This document shows positions 38,117 through 39,336 of a DNA stretch of 39,336 bases, piece by piece; positions within the stretch are counted from its first letter, which is position 1; every line of letters begins with the position of its first letter. The stretch covers positions 1 to 39,336 of the forward strand of contig CAVRGP010000005.1 in assembly GCA_963720755.1 (NCBI GenBank), in the 5' to 3' direction. The notes under the pieces were generated by a model. The model had not been told where the DNA came from, searched no databases, and saw only the letters and a program-made list of their open reading frames with translations. The DNA is from an uncultured Chloroflexia bacterium (GTDB lineage: Bacteria; Chloroflexota; Limnocylindria; Limnocylindrales; CSP1-4). A program made the translations under genes and the position numbers.

Positions 38117-38162
38117 GGGCAGGCGGACGGCAGAATCAACCTCCCTTCGAAGGAGGCTTCTC

Positions 38163-38357
38163 ATGTACCAGCTGCCGGAACCCATTCGCTCGTCGCGCGA
38201 GCTGCTCGATCGCGGGGTCCAGACCCCCGGCTTGACGGTCGTCACGTGGACCACGTTCGGCCCACGGCTCGCCTGGCCACCGACGCCACGATCGCAAGCC
38301 GAGACGGCCGAATGCACCTGCCCGACCGATTGCATCCGCGATCACGAGAACGAGTGA
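38163..38357 (+). CDS. 64-aa small protein with C-terminal CxCxxxCxxDH motif
   Basis: Perfect SD AAGGAGG (38150-38156) 6 nt before the ATG. The protein ends [15 protein letters not shown], and its stop overlaps an in-frame ICL GTG (GTGA). Confidence 0.7.
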   Translation: MYQLPEPIRSSRELLDRGVQTPGLTVVTWTTFGPRLAWPPTPRSQAETAECTCPTDCIRDHENE

Positions 38358-39336
38358 TCGACTCGATCCCCACGATGACCACGACGCCTGTCGTCAGCGA
38401 TCCGCACGACGCGATCGTCGATCCGGAGATCGCTGAGACCCAGGATTGGTTGGACAGCCCGCGCTTCGACGGGATCACCCGACTGCATAGCGCTCGTCAG
38501 GTGGCCGAACAGCGAGGCACGATCCGGACCGACTCCGTGGTCGCCCGTGACGCGGCGACGGCGTTCTACGATCGTTTGCGCGAGCTGTTCTCGGAGCGGC
38601 GTTCGATCACCACATTCGGCCCCTACTCACCGGGTCAGGCGGTCATCATCAAGCGCCTGGGGATCGAGGGCATCTACCTCGGCGGATGGGCGACGTCGGC
38701 CAAGGGATCGGCGGCGGAGGACCCGGGGCCGGATCTCGCCAGCTACCCGCTGTCGCAGGTGCCCGACGAGGCTGCCGCCCTGGTTCGGGCCCTGCTCACG
38801 GCCGACCGCAACCAGCACTTCCTTCGGTCACGCATGCCGCCTGAGCAGCGGGCAGCCACGCCGTCCGTCGACTACCGACCATTCATCATCGCCGACGCCG
38901 ACACCGGCCACGGCGGCGACCCCCACGTTCGCAACCTCATCCGGCGGTTCGTCGAGGCCGGCGTACCCGGGTACCACATCGAGGATCAGCGGCCCGGCAC
39001 CAAGAAATGCGGTCACCAGGGGGGCAAGGTGCTGGTGTCGTCCAGCGAGCAGATCAAGCGTCTCAATGCCGCGCGGTTCCAGCTGGACGTGATGGGCGTG
39101 CCCGGGATCATCGTGGCTCGGACCGACGCCGAGTCGGCGAGCCTGCTCGAATTGCGGGGAGACGAGCGCGACCAGCCGTTCATCCTGGGTGTCACGAACC
39201 TGTCGGTGCCGTCGTACAAGGTCGCCTATCTCAGCCTGCTCCGGCGCTTCCACGACATCGGGATCGAGGAACTCAACGGGCATCGCGCCTATGCGATCAG
39301 CGACGACGAATACCGAGTCGCCGACGCCTGGGCGGA
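38354..39336 (+). CDS. aceA: Isocitrate lyase, mycobacterial ICL2-type (3' truncated by window end)
   Basis: Manual translation gives [72 protein letters not shown] and ARTDAE. It is absent from the ORF track because it has no stop. Start is GTG 38354 or ATG 38375. Confidence 0.93.
   Translation, partial: MIDSIPTMTTTPVVSDPHDAIVDPEIAETQDWLDSPRFDGITRLHSARQVAEQRGTIRTDSVVARDAATAFYDRLRELFSERRSITTFGPYSPGQAVIIKRLGIEGIYLGGWATSAKGSAAEDPGPDLASYPLSQVPDEAAALVRALLTADRNQHFLRSRMPPEQRAATPSVDYRPFIIADADTGHGGDPHVRNLIRRFVEAGVPGYHIEDQRPGTKKCGHQGGKVLVSSSEQIKRLNAARFQLDVMGVPGIIVARTDAESASLLELRGDERDQPFILGVTNLSVPSYKVAYLSLLRRFHDIGIEELNGHRAYAISDDEYRVADAWA

Noticed and set aside
38046-38162. Upstream extension of the small ORF to 103 aa
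   Set aside because: It overlaps the lysR start and its operator boxes; the SD points to ATG 38163.

Overview
This is a high-GC bacterial chromosomal window with about 36 CDS. No rRNA, tRNA, CRISPR array or recognisable mobile element was seen. The gene style (ECF41 sigma, F420-dependent reductase, many leaderless starts, ECF/anti-sigma-TolB modules) suggests an actinobacterium-like organism or a high-GC Chloroflexota; this is inference only. Main blocks: (1) AraC / MBL-fold / SnoaL module; (2) TetR plus a rifampin-phosphotransferase-like PEP-utilising enzyme; (3) an unassigned catabolic locus with DeoR, BtpA/SgcQ, a metallophosphoesterase, an FGGY kinase and an EryC-like epimerase, flanked by a divergent APC permease and a convergent nucleotidyltransferase; (4) two ECF sigma modules, one an ECF41 with two face-to-face cognate promoters; (5) an AlkZ-like glycosylase; (6) xfp-ackA-SDR; (7) an ABC exporter with a two-component system and a coupled glycoside-hydrolase-like lipoprotein; (8) LysR divergent from a 64-aa Cys/His-tailed small ORF that overlaps a likely start of a mycobacterial ICL2-type isocitrate lyase running off the window. 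The best candidates for undescribed systems are the catabolic locus (9580-17253) and the LysR / small Cys protein / ICL2 unit (37138-39336). Several single-base homopolymer indels (255-500, about 37495) look like long-read errors, so frameshifts and fusions need read-level checks. All family calls come from motif recognition; no database search was run.
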